From: a virus
DNA length: 41,638 nucleotides
Reading direction: 5' to 3' (one strand)
UHGV virus genome: UHGV-0109010
Shown here: one piece after another, positions 38,837-41,638 of the stretch
Position numbering within the stretch: the stretch's first letter is position 1
How the letters are laid out: the number at the start of each line of letters is the position of its first letter
Program-made: the position numbers and the translations under genes
The notes under the pieces: model-generated
The model's input: the letters and a program-made list of their open reading frames with translations, nothing else
What the model was told of the DNA's origin: nothing
Databases searched by the model: none

Positions 38837-39988
38837 TGCTTGCACGTTATTCTTTGGAAGAATTTTATTTGATAAATAATTGGAAAATTTTATCGCGTTA
38901 TCATCAATTAGCAATTTAAAAATTAAAGCTGCAAGTATTGAAGATAATAAAGTGATTGGGAAAGTAATAAGTAAAGACTTTCCGTATGAAACTCCTGCAT
39001 CACCAAGCTTAATTACGATCAAAGAAGATATTGAAGCTATTAATGGAAAATGCACCAGATAAAGAGAGTATGATACATCTCCAAGAAATTTACAGGTTTT
39101 TGTTTTGAATAAATTTGAGATAACTATTGATTTATCAATTGCTATAATAAGAAACATTGAACCAAAGGCTTGAGAAACAATTCTCAAATCAAAGTAAGTT
39201 ATGTCACTGTTATTTATCCAGATACTATGTTCAGTTATAAAATATGGGTATGAACCTAGGTAACATCCTAGTAAAATAAACATAAAGATAATTGTGGTAT
39301 TAATTTTCTTTATATTAACTGAAACATCTGCACAAATCACCCCTAATATAAATCCTATTAGATGACTTGAGCTAAATACCACAATACCTAAAGTATAAAA
39401 AGCAAACCTAATTCTGGTAGTGCAAACTAGTGGGACCAGAACGAGTACAAGAATTGAGCCAACCAATTCGGTGTGAATGGTCCATAATACTGGGTTTAAT
39501 GTTTGAACTCCGTAAAAATATGTACCAATACCCCCTTCCCATACCGCATTCAGTAATGTCATTGTAGTTGGCATCGCTGGGATTACTTGTGATAAAGAGT
39601 ACACTGCAGTTTCTGATGAATGAAATCCAATCGTTGTCATCAGAATAAAGGAAAATATAGTAGATGCAATGGTAGGTATTGCAAGACGTGGGTATCTCTT
39701 GATAATGGATTTAGAGTACCATTCTAGCCCCTTCCCTTTGAAAAAGGGAATCGATAGAACCATTCCACTCAAAACGAAGAAAAGCATTACGGCAAAGTGA
39801 CCATTATATAATATATTAAATGGAGTTTCACTTATGTATTTCTCTCCATAATGATCTATCTGATTTTGAACAAAAACAGATGGTAGAAAGAATTGCATGA
39901 AATGGCTTATTAAAACTATCAAGCAAGCTATACCACGAATACCATCCAGTGCGTGATCTCGGGAAGGCGTCGTTAATTGTTGAACCAT
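38819..39988 (-). CDS. Acyltransferase family 3 integral membrane protein (O-antigen/LPS O-acetyltransferase-like), start at MVQQL with SD GAGGA
   Basis: Multi-TM protein with N-terminal LDGIRGIACLIVLISHF motif typical of acyltransferase-3 (Oac-like); very AT-rich; convergent at prophage right end. Confidence 0.8.
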   Translation of the reverse strand: MVQQLTTPSRDHALDGIRGIACLIVLISHFMQFFLPSVFVQNQIDHYGEKYISETPFNILYNGHFAVMLFFVLSGMVLSIPFFKGKGLEWYSKSIIKRYPRLAIPTIASTIFSFILMTTIGFHSSETAVYSLSQVIPAMPTTMTLLNAVWEGGIGTYFYGVQTLNPVLWTIHTELVGSILVLVLVPLVCTTRIRFAFYTLGIVVFSSSHLIGFILGVICADVSVNIKKINTTIIFMFILLGCYLGSYPYFITEHSIWINNSDITYFDLRIVSQAFGSMFLIIAIDKSIVISNLFKTKTCKFLGDVSYSLYLVHFPLIASISSLIVIKLGDAGVSYGKSLLITFPITLLSSILAALIFKLLIDDNAIKFSNYLSNKILPKNNVQAAKYAP

Positions 39989-40230
39989 CAATTCCTCACA
40001 CATTGTAATAAAGTATTAAAATAAAATAGTAAAAGCAGAATATACAAATACGAAAAGCGGAATTATACTTTACAAGAGTGCTTGATGCTATTGTTTTGTC
40101 GAGATTTATAATCTGATCTTCTGTAGATGTTGTCCTGGCATTGTCCAATCATGATCTATGGGCTGGCTGGCGAACTTTCGATAGTGCGAGTATTGAATGA
40201 TTTCCAGCCGTTACCGATTTTACGTGTTAA

Positions 40231-40479
40231 TTAGTGAACAAACCACTCGTCAGCAGATTCCCAGGTATCTTTCAGAGTCTCCTGAACAAAAGTTTTTGCA
40301 GAATCCTTATCTGCGGTGCGTGTAACAGAAAGGCCATCGTTGCTGGTGGCTTTTACGATCACCTCTACATCGTCATAACGTTTACTGATGCGTCGGGTTA
40401 ATTCTTCCTTTAACGCATCCACAGCACCGGTTGGCATTTTAGTCATTTTTTCTTTGGCTATGCAGATTTCAATACGCAT
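40231..40479 (-). CDS. DinI-family DNA-damage-inducible protein (82 aa)
   Basis: [11 protein letters not shown]...[11 protein letters not shown] matches DinI family N- and C-terminal motifs; two LexA boxes upstream. Confidence 0.85.
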   Translation of the reverse strand: MRIEICIAKEKMTKMPTGAVDALKEELTRRISKRYDDVEVIVKATSNDGLSVTRTADKDSAKTFVQETLKDTWESADEWFVH

Positions 40480-40492
40480 AAAAGTCCCTCTA

Positions 40493-40540
40493 TACTGTGT
40501 TTGTATACAGTATTATTTTTAACTGTATGGATAAACAGTG
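40493..40540 (-). promoter_or_regulatory. Two LexA (SOS) boxes CTGT-N8-ACAG (40493-40512 and 40522-40539) overlapping a TTGACA-17-TAAAAA promoter for the dinI-like gene
   Basis: TACTGTGTTTGTATACAGTA and ACTGTATGGATAAACAGT fit the E. coli LexA consensus; -35 TTGACA on minus strand at 40539-40544. Confidence 0.8.
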
Positions 40541-41638
40541 TCAAGAGGTCTTATTTCTGCTCCTTTGGAGCTCTTCAAAACGATTATGTAAAGATTTCGG
40601 ATACAGTTCGGTATATACCTGCCATAGCACGTTTAATGAACGATGCCCTGTAACCTGGGCGACTTCCTCAATACTAAAACCAGCCTCAAATAAGCGACTT
40701 GCCCCTTCTCTACGCAAATCATGGTATCGCAGATCTTTAATACCTAATTTGCTTCTTACCCTCTGGAATCCCGCAGTAACAGAAGTGCTGTTATATGGAA
40801 AAATGAATTCTGATTTTTTGGGTTGTCGTTGGACGATATCCCAGGCTTCCCCAAGCAAGGCTACTTTCATATGGTTGCCTTCCTTTTTACGTGGATCTTT
40901 CCTGTCTCTTACGAGTATGGATTTTTGTTCCTGATCGAGATCCTCCCATCGTAATCGGCATACTTCACCGATTCGCATACATGACCACACAGAAAATTTG
41001 AGGATATCAACGAACGGAATTTTTGAGCATTTATGTGTAGATCGTTGTTGAAGACCTTCAATGAGCATGTCCAGTTCATCAGATGCCGGTCTACGATTAC
41101 GACGATTTGATTTACCAATTAAACCAAGTTTAAGTAGATATGGACGAGCGGCTTTTGCTGGGTTTGATGTGTAATTAATTCCATATACAGGTTTGGCAGC
41201 ATCCAGAACACTACCAAGATAACTAACATCGTGGCTAACTGTAGCTGGACCTGCACCAGCGTTGTTTCTTAGCCTGCAATGTTCAATTACGTCATTTTCT
41301 GTCAGTTCAGATAGTTTGATCGCGGAGATGTCACTATCCATAAGCAGTTCCAGCACATATCTTTTAGTACGGCCTGCTTTACCTCCGGCATTTGGGTCAT
41401 TTAAATATTTGTGTAGTAAGTCACGGACTGTAAGTCCGTCAACTGCATTTGATGATGGAATGCCATATAGATCTAATTCCATCACTTTCTGTGTGCCCCA
41501 TGTTTTGGCATGAGCATGTTTAGGGAATGTTTTGCTTTCCCTGTAAGTGATAACACCTTTTTCTTTGATAATCACATTACAGCGATAGCGTGGTGTGCCA
41601 TCGGATTTTAGTCGTTTCTCTATGTTATAGTACGCCAT
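40541..41638 (-). CDS. Second tyrosine-family site-specific integrase (365 aa; start codon at the very last bases of the window)
   Basis: C-terminal catalytic region with RxxG and HDLRR motifs and a Tyr-containing tail; upstream context not visible. Confidence 0.7.
   Translation of the reverse strand: MAYYNIEKRLKSDGTPRYRCNVIIKEKGVITYRESKTFPKHAHAKTWGTQKVMELDLYGIPSSNAVDGLTVRDLLHKYLNDPNAGGKAGRTKRYVLELLMDSDISAIKLSELTENDVIEHCRLRNNAGAGPATVSHDVSYLGSVLDAAKPVYGINYTSNPAKAARPYLLKLGLIGKSNRRNRRPASDELDMLIEGLQQRSTHKCSKIPFVDILKFSVWSCMRIGEVCRLRWEDLDQEQKSILVRDRKDPRKKEGNHMKVALLGEAWDIVQRQPKKSEFIFPYNSTSVTAGFQRVRSKLGIKDLRYHDLRREGASRLFEAGFSIEEVAQVTGHRSLNVLWQVYTELYPKSLHNRFEELQRSRNKTS

Larger units (their letters stand above)
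952..40230. mobile_element. Mosaic lambdoid prophage integrated at argU 3' end (left junction well defined; right boundary uncertain)
   Basis: Integrase 3' end 16 bp from tRNA; continuous phage gene order int-xis-red-immunity-replication-nin-Q-lysis-terminase-head-tail-tail fibre; right att repeat not found by eye. Confidence 0.8.

Noticed and set aside
40004-40230. Search for attR (a direct repeat of the argU 3' end)
   Set aside because: No convincing copy of GGTTCGAATCCTGCAGGGCGCGCCA or its last 15-20 nt found by eye; only a 6-mer coincidence (CAATCA). The boundary is therefore reported as uncertain rather than annotated.
1-41638. CRISPR arrays, IS elements/transposases, rRNA genes
   Set aside because: No regularly spaced direct repeats with unique spacers, no transposase-like ORFs or terminal inverted repeats, and no rRNA-like sequence seen.

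Overview
The window opens with the 3' part of the host fimbrial regulator fimZ (minus strand) and an intact tRNA-Arg(UCU) gene (argU, 875-951). Immediately downstream is a roughly 39 kb mosaic lambdoid prophage integrated at argU. Its left arm is lambda/DLP12-like: integrase and excisionase, lambda-like small early ORFs, Red exo/bet/gam, kil, a divergent pL / S24-type CI repressor / pR-cro immunity switch, a YdaT-like CII-position gene, replication genes O (with ori iterons), P and ren, and a nin region (NinB-like ybcN, ninE, ybcO, rusA, ylcG, Q-like quuD). The lysis cassette is phage-21-like (pinholin, SAR endolysin, Rz/Rz1). The right arm is a different lineage: HNH endonuclease, P27-family small terminase, large terminase, HK97-type portal/protease/capsid, then a Mu/SfV-like contractile tail (sheath, tube, frameshifted chaperone, tape measure, baseplate, tail fibre and assembly protein). 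AT-rich cargo sits in three places: (1) emrE, the large serine recombinase ybcK, two unknown ORFs and a GC-rich ~460 nt non-coding stretch in the nin region; (2) a lipocalin, a DUF523/DUF1722 (YbgA/RudS-like) protein and an AppY-like AraC regulator between Q/tR' and the holin; (3) an acyltransferase-3 (O-antigen acetylase-like) gene at the right end. The window ends with a LexA-box-controlled dinI-like gene and a second tyrosine integrase. No CRISPR array, IS element or rRNA was seen. All identifications rest on reading the supplied ORF translations and sequence motifs from memory; no database search was run. The most plausible place for an undescribed system is the nin-region cargo (12.1-13.5 kb), but I cannot assign it a function.
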